The notes beneath the pieces are model-generated. The model worked only from the letters and a program-made list of their open reading frames with translations, searched no databases and was not told the DNA's origin. The translations under genes and the position numbers were made by a program. From an uncultured Lachnospiraceae bacterium (GTDB taxonomy: Bacteria > Bacillota > Clostridia > Lachnospirales > Lachnospiraceae), in assembly GCA_902793045.1 (NCBI GenBank), contig CADBBS010000003.1, positions 1 through 29,759 of the forward strand: a DNA stretch of 29,759 bases, in the 5' to 3' direction. Positions 1 through 7,757 of the stretch are shown here, piece by piece; positions within the stretch are counted from its first letter, which is position 1; the number at the start of each line of letters is the position of its first letter.

Positions 1-196
1 GGGAGGCTGAGCGAGGTGAAACCGAGCGAAGTTTTAACTAAAATCCTCAAAATTTTGGCATAAATAGAGAGATATTTATGACTATTTTTCTACTCCCTCC
101 GCTCCGCTCCGGTCGTACTTTTCCTGCCTTTTTAACTCTTTTCTACACTAGGGGCTTCGGCTAAAGAATAAGTAAAAGAGGGAGTTGAATTAAAAA

Positions 197-318
197 GTGT
201 GTGATAGTGTCCGTTCTCTGTAAATATTGATGTGTATAGTAGTGATTATAAATGATAGATAGGAATAATAGAGATAATAAGAATAAATAGTATAATATCC
301 CCTATACCCCTAGAGCGA
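197..318 (-). repeat. Copy 1 (inverted orientation) of a ~122-bp three-copy element with a 33-nt conserved core
   Basis: The plus strand reads GTGTGTGATAGTGTCCGTTCTCTGTAAATATTGATGT, then about 70 nt of AT-rich sequence, then TATACCCCTAGAGCG. Its reverse complement aligns end to end with 23723-23843 and 28167-28289. The shared core is ACATCAATATTTAC-N6-CGGACACTATCAC (14+13 nt invariant in all three), with a TAGGGTATA block at the other end. All three copies are 121-123 nt long. Confidence 0.85.
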
Positions 319-385
319 CCTTGACATAGAGACATACTTACGTGTTTCATTCCCTCCGTTCAGTTCCTTCACTCCGGTCATTACA

Positions 386-418
386 CAAAAAATAGGAGGC
401 TTTGTTAATTTAGCCTCC
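386..418 (-). terminator. Intrinsic terminator closing the late (structural/lysis) transcription unit
   Basis: The minus-strand RNA forms GGAGGCU-(10 nt loop)-AGCCUCC (7-bp GC-rich stem, 395-401/412-418) followed by UAUUUUUUG. It lies 30 nt downstream of the stop of the 448..723 ORF. Confidence 0.7.
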
Positions 419-447
419 CTCACTCTTGTCTCTTTAGTACTTTCGCT

Positions 448-723
448 CTACTCGATAACTTGGTAATTTAAGATTAGTGTTTGGTGTGTTTGATTACCTT
501 TGAACCAGTCTAGGAGTAGTAGTACATCGTTTATCAGCAGTACCTTTCCATCCTCCAAAAATTCGGTTCTTCTAGTTAGCTCTTTCCTCACCGTCTTTAC
601 CTCTCGCTTAGTTAGGTTTTTCTCCATGCTAAGTCTGAGTTCTTTCTCTGAGTGCTGATATTTCAAGTCACTCTTAATTTTCTCTACAATAAATGTCACT
701 AAGGTATCTAACTTACCTTCCAT
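448..723 (-). CDS. Hypothetical protein (91 aa), last gene of the late block
   Basis: ORF track. The protein is charged, has no TM segment and no recognisable motif. It is followed by a terminator. Confidence 0.5.
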   Translation of the reverse strand: MEGKLDTLVTFIVEKIKSDLKYQHSEKELRLSMEKNLTKREVKTVRKELTRRTEFLEDGKVLLINDVLLLLDWFKGNQTHQTLILNYQVIE

Positions 724-782
724 AAATCGACTGCAAAGGTACTAAAAATTTTTGATATATGCAAATTTTTGGGCAAGAAAAT

Positions 783-1184
783 TCAAAAAATCTGCAAAAT
801 TATAGGGTCTTGGGCTGATTTTAGTATTTTCATCAGTCTTTCTAGGGTTTTTCTGCTGTTCAATACCTTCCCCTTAGCCTTGTTTTCACCTACCAAGATA
901 CAGCCCTCAGAATCATCAGCTGTGTTCCCTGCATGGATTCTAATACCCTTGAAGAACTGAACATTTAAGACTTCGGGTAGGATTTTCTTGAACCTAGGTG
1001 AGTATGTTAGTTTGACCTGATAAACTCCTTCCGGTATAGCTGTCTTTCCGTACACCTTATCTTCTAGTGTGTTCAGCTCTCTCACTCTATCTTCTAGTGT
1101 ATTGCTGAACCACTTACCATCTATATAGAGGTCTCCTATTGTGTAGTCCTCTTTCTTATATCTCCTAATCAAAGTTAATTTCAT
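783..1184 (-). CDS. DUF5675-like protein, candidate cell-wall hydrolase (endolysin position)
   Basis: 133 aa. The motif GIRIHAGNTADDSEGCILVG (His ... Cys) resembles the catalytic signature of YkuD-type L,D-transpeptidase-fold enzymes, and the overall layout matches what I recall of Pfam DUF5675. It lies downstream of the holin-like gene, and no other lysin candidate is in the window. Confidence 0.5.
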   Translation of the reverse strand: MKLTLIRRYKKEDYTIGDLYIDGKWFSNTLEDRVRELNTLEDKVYGKTAIPEGVYQVKLTYSPRFKKILPEVLNVQFFKGIRIHAGNTADDSEGCILVGENKAKGKVLNSRKTLERLMKILKSAQDPIILQIF

Positions 1185-1689
1185 AGCCGTAAATGTTTCT
1201 TAGTCCTTTTTGTAGTTTGTTCTTGACTGTATGATAATTGAGGTTGTACTTTAATGCAAACTCTTTTATACAGCCAAAAGTCTCTCCAGTAGTAATGCAA
1301 GTAATCTTCTTAGCCTTTGGGTTCTTTTCCATGCTGTTATCCTTATGTTTTCCGAGAGACCCAAGTGAAGCGTTAGTATGTCTGTCTAACCATTCAAGAT
1401 TTTCCAGTCTGTTATCCTGTTTATTTGAGTTGATATGGTTCACCTCTAGCCCTTCCACTCTACCTAAAAAAGTTTCTGCTACTGCCCTATGTATATAAAC
1501 CGTATGACCTTTATCTGCTTTACTTAGATTCACATACAAATAGCCGTTAGTTCCTACATTAGGCTGTAACACTTTTCCTTTGAAGAACCAAGTACCTCTA
1601 GCGGTTTCTATAGTTCTGTCAATACTTCTAATCTCACCACTATCGCTAACCTGATAGTAGCCTTCAAAATTCTTAATGTCTTTCCACAT
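1165..1689 (-). CDS. HNH homing endonuclease (NUMOD4 + HNH_3 + C-terminal NUMOD1-like HTH)
   Basis: The N-terminus WKDIKNFEGYYQVSDSGEIRSI is a NUMOD4 motif. VNHINSNKQDNRLENLEWL is the HNH_3 signature. The C-terminal ITCITTGETFGCIKEFALKYNLNYHTV is a NUMOD1-type HTH. Confidence 0.85.
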   Translation of the reverse strand: MWKDIKNFEGYYQVSDSGEIRSIDRTIETARGTWFFKGKVLQPNVGTNGYLYVNLSKADKGHTVYIHRAVAETFLGRVEGLEVNHINSNKQDNRLENLEWLDRHTNASLGSLGKHKDNSMEKNPKAKKITCITTGETFGCIKEFALKYNLNYHTVKNKLQKGLRNIYGYEINFD

Positions 1690-1781
1690 AGTTAATCAAA
1701 ATTTTAAGGTTTAGTTATTGTCTTCTACTTAATATATAGGTGTTTAGGTCTTCTAGTTAAAAATAGAAGGATAAGTTACCG

Positions 1782-1819
1782 TAAAAGGGAGACCTACAGA
1801 ATCTCTCCATAGACCTCCC
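1782..1819 (-). terminator. Strand-specific hairpin plus U-run between the holin-like gene and the HNH gene
   Basis: The minus-strand RNA forms GGGAGGUCU-(15 nt)-AGGUCUCCC followed by UUUUAC. The stem is 9 bp including two G-U pairs, which would be mismatches on the plus strand. Confidence 0.55.
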
Positions 1820-1902
1820 TCTTACTTACATAGGACACGGCAATAAAACAAGCAAAGTCCGTATCTCACTATATTATGAATGACGTTAAATATATTACTT
1901 TT

Positions 1903-2163
1903 TTATTCTACACTATTATCTGCTTCTTTTCTCTTTCCTCTCGCCTCTTCTCTGATTTTGGCTAGTTGTATTCTAGTAAACTCTCCAATACCAAATACGC
2001 TACCGAAGAAAGTTAGAAATTCACCCGTTGCAGCTAATACAGAACCATCAATCTCTCCTTCGGGTGGGACTGTGAAACCTGCTATACACAATCCCACACC
2101 TGCTAGGAAAGCAATCACAGCAGCAGTCCAGATAATAGTAGTTCTAACTGCCTCCACTGACAT
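1903..2163 (-). CDS. Holin-like small membrane protein
   Basis: 86 aa with two hydrophobic segments (TTIIWTAAVIAFLAGVGLCIAGFTV and VLAATGEFLTFFGSVFGIGEFT) and a charged C-terminal tail (RIQLAKIREEARGKRKEADNSVE). It has a strong AGGAGGG SD and lies after the fibre genes. Confidence 0.55.
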   Translation of the reverse strand: MSVEAVRTTIIWTAAVIAFLAGVGLCIAGFTVPPEGEIDGSVLAATGEFLTFFGSVFGIGEFTRIQLAKIREEARGKRKEADNSVE

Positions 2164-2181
2164 TTTACTGTCCCTCCTTTA

Positions 2182-2442
2182 TTATTCTTCGTTACTTGGG
2201 TACGGTTGGTCAGGAATTACGCCCAATCTAGTATAAATCTTTTCCTCCAACGCAAGTAGTAAATCTTCTACTTCTTGTTTAGTAAATACTTCCTGAGTTG
2301 TAGGATAAGAATCTAGAAGAGTAGTAACCTCTGACTTAGTATATACGGAATTTGCGTCCGCTTTACCTGCTAGGTCATGTGATTTCAAATTATTATAGAA
2401 AGCACTAAGGTTATCCAAGCTAATTAGTTTATCCTCGTTCAT
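2182..2442 (-). CDS. Short fibre-module protein (shares the N-terminal module of the 392-aa fibre)
   Basis: The N-terminus MNEDKLISLDNLSAFYNNLKSHDLAGKAD parallels MALNDKLITYGNLSTFYDNLKSHDLADKQD of 2461..3639. Confidence 0.5.
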   Translation of the reverse strand: MNEDKLISLDNLSAFYNNLKSHDLAGKADANSVYTKSEVTTLLDSYPTTQEVFTKQEVEDLLLALEEKIYTRLGVIPDQPYPSNEE

Positions 2443-2460
2443 AGTTAGTATTTATTTTAT

Positions 2461-3639
2461 TTATGCGAAAAGTGCGTTAATATCAGCGGTTGTAGCAGTT
2501 TCAAAAGTAGCAGAGATTGTACTACCGGTAATGGTAATGTTATCTCCTGCTGTTAATGTGTCCTGCTTACCATCAACCTCATCTTTAGTTGCTACTGCCT
2601 TAAACTCATAACCGCCCTCTAGTCTGTGAAGGATTACATCATGGCTAGCAGCTAAGTTACCATTTAATAGAGTTTGAACCTGCTCTACTGTTTTGGTGGT
2701 AGAATAAACTCCAGTGCCTTCATTGTAAGTAACATCTAAATCTAAGTCCTCTGCTCCAAGGAAGGATGACAGATAAGGTGTTTCCATCACTTGGTCGGTG
2801 CAAGATAACTTGGTGAAATAGTTACTGTCTTCTGTGTACCATCTATAAGCCGTTACAGTACCATTAGAACACTGAATATTTACCGCTCCTTTGTACATAT
2901 AGTCCCAGAGCACCCATGCGTCCTCTACGTAGAAGTTGAAGTAAGCATTGTCAATTTGGTTTGCGTCGCTAGGAGTACTACCACCGTTCACTGACATGTA
3001 AACTTTCTCATCAGTACTTAGGCGATAGAACTTAGTCTTATTCTCAGCAGCAGCGGGTAAAGTATCAACTGCAACAATAGCGTCTGAATCTTCTGCGCTC
3101 AGTACACCATCCCAATCAATACTTAAATTAGCACCAACCTTAATACCACCGAGAGTAGTTGCAGAGGCTTGTGGTAGTTCATAATTCTCTAGACCTGCCA
3201 ACTTAGTCTTTTCTGCGGTCGTGTAATTATTATCCGTGTGAACATAATTAGCGTCCTGTACTAGATTTTGTGGTTTATTCTTAATGAAAGCGTCAGAGGA
3301 ACTATCAGAAACATTCCAGTCTGCTTGTACGTTCACTTCTGCACCTGCTGCTATACCTGCGAGTTTATTTTTCTCAGCAGTTGTGTAGTTATTGTCGGTG
3401 TGTACATAAGAAGCGTCTTGAACGAAATTTCCATCATTAGTTAAGTCAGTAAGCTTAGTAGGAATCTCACTAGTTTTTGCATATTCTGACAAGTCCACCG
3501 AAATTTCACCATTCTCATCAATGGTAATGTTATCTCCGGCAGTTAGTTTATCCTGCTTATCGGCTAAGTCATGCGATTTTAAGTTATCGTAAAACGTACT
3601 TAAATTACCATAGGTAATCAATTTATCATTTAATGCCAT
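2461..3639 (-). CDS. Tail fibre / receptor-binding protein
   Basis: 392 aa. It has a duplicated YVHTDNNYTTAEK(N/T)KLAG motif typical of phage fibre repeats. QD(K/T)LTAGDNITI modules sit near both ends. The C-terminal ADINALFA is shared with 3663..4202. Confidence 0.7.
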   Translation of the reverse strand: MALNDKLITYGNLSTFYDNLKSHDLADKQDKLTAGDNITIDENGEISVDLSEYAKTSEIPTKLTDLTNDGNFVQDASYVHTDNNYTTAEKNKLAGIAAGAEVNVQADWNVSDSSSDAFIKNKPQNLVQDANYVHTDNNYTTAEKTKLAGLENYELPQASATTLGGIKVGANLSIDWDGVLSAEDSDAIVAVDTLPAAAENKTKFYRLSTDEKVYMSVNGGSTPSDANQIDNAYFNFYVEDAWVLWDYMYKGAVNIQCSNGTVTAYRWYTEDSNYFTKLSCTDQVMETPYLSSFLGAEDLDLDVTYNEGTGVYSTTKTVEQVQTLLNGNLAASHDVILHRLEGGYEFKAVATKDEVDGKQDTLTAGDNITITGSTISATFETATTADINALFA

Positions 3640-3662
3640 AATTATAAATTATTAAAAGGTTA

Positions 3663-4202
3663 TTACGCAAATAATGCGTTAATCTCAGCCGTTGTTGCAG
3701 CTTCATCTCTTGTGTAGTAATTGGTTAAATCAATATCTACAGCTTTATTTTCTATAGGAAGAGCAGAACCATTAACCTTTACGCTCTCAATCTTATTAAC
3801 TTGTGCTCCTGTTTCAATACCACTTACTTTTTCTGCAATAGGTTGTACAAGTGCATCTACTCTACGTGCTTCATCTAGTACCTTTTCATCTACGTAGCTT
3901 TTCTTAGCATACTCAGAAAGGTCAGTTGAAGCAGCAGAGATTACATTGTTTTCATCAATCGTAATGTTAATACCTGCTGTGAGTTTGTCCTGTTTCTCTT
4001 GGTCTAACTCTTCTATAGTATTATTTATACCCTCTATATCCGAGTTGATATTTGTTATCTCGGTACTTATATCATCTATCTCTTGGGTATGTGAATCGTC
4101 GTTATCGTTGAGGGTATTGATGGTCTCCGTTATAAGGTTCACATCATACGCTAACAACTCTTCACCATCCTGATAGTTAGTTCTCAACTTAGTCTTTGCC
4201 AT
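3663..4202 (-). CDS. Coiled-coil fibre-like protein
   Basis: 179 aa. It has a heptad-like acidic segment (THTQEIDDISTEITNINSDIEGINNTIEELDQEKQ). QDKLTAGINITIDENNVIS and DLSEYAKKS modules are shared with 2461..3639, and the C-terminal TAEINALFA is also shared. Confidence 0.55.
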   Translation of the reverse strand: MAKTKLRTNYQDGEELLAYDVNLITETINTLNDNDDSHTQEIDDISTEITNINSDIEGINNTIEELDQEKQDKLTAGINITIDENNVISAASTDLSEYAKKSYVDEKVLDEARRVDALVQPIAEKVSGIETGAQVNKIESVKVNGSALPIENKAVDIDLTNYYTRDEAATTAEINALFA

Positions 4203-4214
4203 AGTGCTATAGTT

Positions 4215-4685
4215 TTAAGATAATATTGCAGGAAGATTCATTCCCAGTACCCAATTTATAGTTAAGCTGTCATAGCAAGTACCTAGAGAGCTTTCTGTGG
4301 TTAGGTCTATTGTTGTATATACTCCTGCCAAATAGTCTGCGAAATTCTGCTCAAATGGTGTATAGATTATGTCCCCTGCTATTTCTACGTTACTAGCCGT
4401 ATTGATTAGGTTAATAACAGATTGAAGAGCATTAACACCATCTACATATATTTGGTTAGCGTTCGTTCTATCTTGGAGAAGTCTATCACCGTAGTATAAC
4501 ATTAGCGTATAAGTAATTAGATTGTTACTATACGAAATGCTTTGGAGACCTACATTAAAACTTCCATACTTAATTTCACTACTATTCCAGTTAGTATAAA
4601 CATCACCGTCAAAAGCAGATTGAATTAAGTTTTGAGATAGAGCGATTTTCTTAATCGTGTCTATTAGTTCAACTACATTGCTCAT
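4215..4685 (-). CDS. Virion-associated hypothetical protein, paralog B
   Basis: 156 aa, clearly homologous along about 135 aa to the upstream 139-aa ORF (shared strings include IQSAFDGD, NWNSSEI.YGSFNV, YYGDRLLQD, NANQIY, FADYLAGVYTTI). It lies within the structural block. Confidence 0.5.
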   Translation of the reverse strand: MSNVVELIDTIKKIALSQNLIQSAFDGDVYTNWNSSEIKYGSFNVGLQSISYSNNLITYTLMLYYGDRLLQDRTNANQIYVDGVNALQSVINLINTASNVEIAGDIIYTPFEQNFADYLAGVYTTIDLTTESSLGTCYDSLTINWVLGMNLPAILS

Positions 4686-5088
4686 AATCTACCTCCATTT
4701 CTGTGGTTAAGTTTATAGTAGTGTAAACTCCTGCTAGATAATCAGCGAAAGTTTGTATAAAGGGTGTGTATCTAATATCATCTTCAATCTCTACATTACT
4801 TGCTCTATTCAGTAAGTTAATGATTGATTGAAGTGCGTTAATGCCATCAGTATATATCTGATTAGCATTAGACCCATCCTGTAACAACCTATCACCATAA
4901 TACAGGACTAAGGAATAAGTAGTTAAGTTTCCATTGTAAGTTATATCTCTAAGGCTTACATTAAAACTTCCGTACCTTATTTCAGAGCTATTCCAATTAA
5001 GGTAAGCGTCTCCATCAAAGGCAGATTGAATTACTATTTGGTGTAATGCAATCCTTTTTATAGTTTCCATTAGTTCTACACTGCTCAT
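4669..5088 (-). CDS. Virion-associated hypothetical protein, paralog A
   Basis: 139 aa, a tandem paralog of 4215..4685. It has a strong AGGAGG SD and overlaps the next gene by 17 nt. Confidence 0.5.
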   Translation of the reverse strand: MSSVELMETIKRIALHQIVIQSAFDGDAYLNWNSSEIRYGSFNVSLRDITYNGNLTTYSLVLYYGDRLLQDGSNANQIYTDGINALQSIINLLNRASNVEIEDDIRYTPFIQTFADYLAGVYTTINLTTEMEVDYEQCS

Positions 5089-5098
5089 AACTACCTCC

Positions 5099-5617
5099 TT
5101 ATCCTAAAAATATTCCTGTATTATATGCACCCTTATTAGAAGGCATATCAGCGCAAGAATCTATTTTCAAGTATTCCGGATATTTGGAGTTATTAGCTTT
5201 AAGGTAGTCACTTAATCTAGAACCATAGAAGTTAGCTTTATTCTCATAGTTCTGTATTAAGTACTGTATGTCACGTAGAGAGGGGTTATAAACATTCTCT
5301 CCTGTCAAGCTTACTACACCTTGATTACGTAGTTTGAACACCAAGGATAATTGTACATCAGCTACTACCTTATTTTCTAAGAACGGTGTAATGTATTCGT
5401 CTAATAGTTTCTTGTAATCGCTATTTTCATCTTTTGCTATATCACCTGTAGCTACTAAGTCTTTTAACCTATTAAAAAGCTTAGAACCTATTAGTGGTTG
5501 TAGTCCCATATCTTGCGCTACACGAATGGCAGGTGCAATATATGAGTTATCTACATTGTTGTTTAATATAGTGCGACTTTTTAAGGTCTGTTCACTTATA
5601 AGAAAAATCTCTTTCAT
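5099..5617 (-). CDS. Putative head-tail connector / head-completion protein
   Basis: 172 aa directly downstream of the portal, with an AAGGAGG SD. The N-terminal pattern (IAPAIRVAQDMGLQPLIGSKLFNRL) resembles gp6-like connector proteins from memory only. Confidence 0.35.
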   Translation of the reverse strand: MKEIFLISEQTLKSRTILNNNVDNSYIAPAIRVAQDMGLQPLIGSKLFNRLKDLVATGDIAKDENSDYKKLLDEYITPFLENKVVADVQLSLVFKLRNQGVVSLTGENVYNPSLRDIQYLIQNYENKANFYGSRLSDYLKANNSKYPEYLKIDSCADMPSNKGAYNTGIFLG

Positions 5618-5630
5618 TGCTTAGCCCTCC

Positions 5631-6695
5631 TTATTCTTTAATGTCTAAGTTAAATGGGATAAAGCTGATTGAATCGCTTATACCAAATATCCTGTTAAAT
5701 ATTCTTTGTAGGTCTCTTTGAATAGGCTGTACAGTAGTTTTATTGTATAGCTTAAAAGCAGAATCGTACTCTTGCTGATTAAAACCTACATTCTCTAAGT
5801 CATATCCGAATAATTGTGGGATAGCTCTAAATGCAATGAAGATTTCTTTATAAGTGTCTATTCTAAGATTCTCGTACTTCTTATCAAAGTTATCGTCTTG
5901 TATTCTCTCAACTGATACTCCGTTTTCTTTGGAATCGTTGAAGGAAATCATAAACTTCCCTGCATTGTCTGCACCTCCAAACTTAGCCTTAACTTTTCTC
6001 TCTATCTCTTCCTGTACTTCGGGAGATGGAGCACCGTTGTTAAAGTTAATAATGAAGTTGCCTGAGAAGTTGTTTAATATGCTGTTAAGATGGAATTTTG
6101 AGATTTCTGTACTAGTCTCGATTGCATGTAACGCACCACTATAAACAGGAACAGGATAAACACCTCTTGTGATATGTCCTTTGAAGTAGAACACACTTGA
6201 CTTTTGTTTTACATCCGGATTAAAGATGTCATAAACTATATAGTCATTAGCGTGTTTAATCCAATCATCTGAATAGTATGCTTTATCTCCATCTTTGTTG
6301 AGACGTACATTACGAAAATCTAACCAATAGATTTCACTAATTTCACCAAGCTTGTTATTGATAATCTGTAAGGCAAAGCCTCCGAAAATCATGTAGTCTA
6401 GAGCAGCCTTTTTAATTATATCTTCTAGAGTTTCACCGTCTTTATTGGCATACTCAGAAATCTTTTTTACCGTGGAATTCTCATTGTAAGTAATCCCATC
6501 GCCTAACACATAATTCTGTGTTCCAGTTATTATCGACTGTAACAAAGCGCTCCTAAGATACAAATCCCATAAGTATTGCGGAAATCTATTATCATTTCCA
6601 TAACTTAGATACGGTCTGTTTGTATCTTTCTCAACAAAGGTAGGAACCACTTTAGCAGTCGAATCATAAATACCGAATCTTAATTTCTCATCCAT
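5631..6695 (-). CDS. Portal protein (Phage_portal/HK97-family-like)
   Basis: 354 aa. The N-terminal YGNDNRFPQYLWDLYLRSALLQSII and the C-terminal IFIAFRAIPQLFGYD...FNQQEYDSAFKLYNKTTVQPIQRDLQRIFNRIFG match conserved portal blocks as I recall them. Confidence 0.6.
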   Translation of the reverse strand: MDEKLRFGIYDSTAKVVPTFVEKDTNRPYLSYGNDNRFPQYLWDLYLRSALLQSIITGTQNYVLGDGITYNENSTVKKISEYANKDGETLEDIIKKAALDYMIFGGFALQIINNKLGEISEIYWLDFRNVRLNKDGDKAYYSDDWIKHANDYIVYDIFNPDVKQKSSVFYFKGHITRGVYPVPVYSGALHAIETSTEISKFHLNSILNNFSGNFIINFNNGAPSPEVQEEIERKVKAKFGGADNAGKFMISFNDSKENGVSVERIQDDNFDKKYENLRIDTYKEIFIAFRAIPQLFGYDLENVGFNQQEYDSAFKLYNKTTVQPIQRDLQRIFNRIFGISDSISFIPFNLDIKE

Positions 6696-7023
6696 GATAC
6701 TGTATTTTGCTTTCTAAGTTAAAAGTGTTATTAACTACATCCTCACTATCATACGTTCCAATCACAATCAAGCCTACTTCCAAGAGGGTGTCATACTTTC
6801 CAATAAGTTTGTAAGTATATTCACCATCCGGAATACTCAAAAGCTGTTGACTGTCTAAATCGAATTTATAATAGAGTGGTTTAGTAGAAATATTACCACC
6901 ATTCTCAACTATAGTAACATCATCAGAAACAGGAGAAGAGATTGTGAGAGTATATTCTCCATCAACCTTAAATGAATGTCTTGGGACATTTATATAGGTT
7001 TTGTGTTTACTTAGATATATCAT
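6688..7023 (-). CDS. Hypothetical structural-block protein (111 aa)
   Basis: ORF track. It overlaps the portal start by 8 nt (translational coupling). It looks beta-rich and has no motif I recognise. Confidence 0.5.
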   Translation of the reverse strand: MIYLSKHKTYINVPRHSFKVDGEYTLTISSPVSDDVTIVENGGNISTKPLYYKFDLDSQQLLSIPDGEYTYKLIGKYDTLLEVGLIVIGTYDSEDVVNNTFNLESKIQYHG

Positions 7024-7057
7024 AGTTTTTTCTTAATTAGGTATATATACAGTGAAA

Positions 7058-7097
7058 GAGGGTATTAAATAAAGTTATTCACTCATCTAATGCCCTC
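7058..7097 (-). terminator. Hairpin downstream of the tail-tube-like gene (possible attenuator)
   Basis: GAGGGCAUUA-(20 nt)-UAAUACCCUC on the minus strand pairs at 9 of 10 positions and is followed by UUUCACU. The U tract is weak. Confidence 0.3.
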
Positions 7098-7133
7098 CTT
7101 CTGTATATAAAAATGATTGAAGTTTAATCTTTA

Positions 7134-7670
7134 TTAGATTACTGGTGCCGGATCTGCAATAGGAGTGATGTCAGTTTCAGCAACCTCGTATGGAAGCTCA
7201 GCCGAAGTATCAGTTAAGGTAAGCTCATAATGGTTAGCGTCCGAAAAAGCCGTACCAGTAGTAGCCGTACCTGCTGAGCACTCTACGTAGTTATCTTTAC
7301 CGAGATACCAGTATTTATCATTGGCGTCTTTTACGATTACTACAACGGAGCCCATCATCAGACTCATAATCTCCATACGCTTAGTCGTTTCTATTTTCAT
7401 AAATTGAAGAGTAACCTCATTTGTGAAGTATGAAGTACTAGTTTCGCTAGTATTGAGTGTGCTAGTTAAGCTACCAGTAGATTTCATAAGTTTGTAAGTT
7501 TTGAACTTCTTACCAGTTACCATAGTTGGAGTAAGCAGGTGAGAAGTTGCATCTACTGACGTGCTAGCTACATCTTCATACGGTGCGATTAGAACTTCTT
7601 TGATACCTCCAAAGGAAGCCTCTTTACAAGCGTTATTCAAACCGCTTAATGTAATTGAAATACAAGCCAT
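7134..7670 (-). CDS. Candidate major tail (tube) protein
   Basis: 178 aa immediately after the capsid gene. It is Ser/Thr-rich and beta-like, and the N-terminal ...NACKEASFGGIKEVLIAPYEDV and C-terminal ...DANHYELTLTD patterns resemble siphovirus tube proteins. A head-decoration role is not excluded. Confidence 0.4.
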   Translation of the reverse strand: MACISITLSGLNNACKEASFGGIKEVLIAPYEDVASTSVDATSHLLTPTMVTGKKFKTYKLMKSTGSLTSTLNTSETSTSYFTNEVTLQFMKIETTKRMEIMSLMMGSVVVIVKDANDKYWYLGKDNYVECSAGTATTGTAFSDANHYELTLTDTSAELPYEVAETDITPIADPAPVI

Positions 7671-7704
7671 AGTATCAAATAGTTTTAAAGGTTTAAAGGT
7701 GGAA

Positions 7705-7729
7705 GGGTAATCTTTTTATTAGACTACCC
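7705..7729 (-). terminator. Hairpin after the capsid gene (possible partial terminator)
   Basis: The minus-strand GGGUAGUCU-(7 nt)-AGAUUACCC forms 9 bp including one G-U pair that would be an A-C mismatch on the plus strand. The downstream U tract (UUCCACCUUU) is weak. Confidence 0.35.
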
Positions 7730-7757
7730 CTCCTCGGATATATGTTATGAAGAAAAA

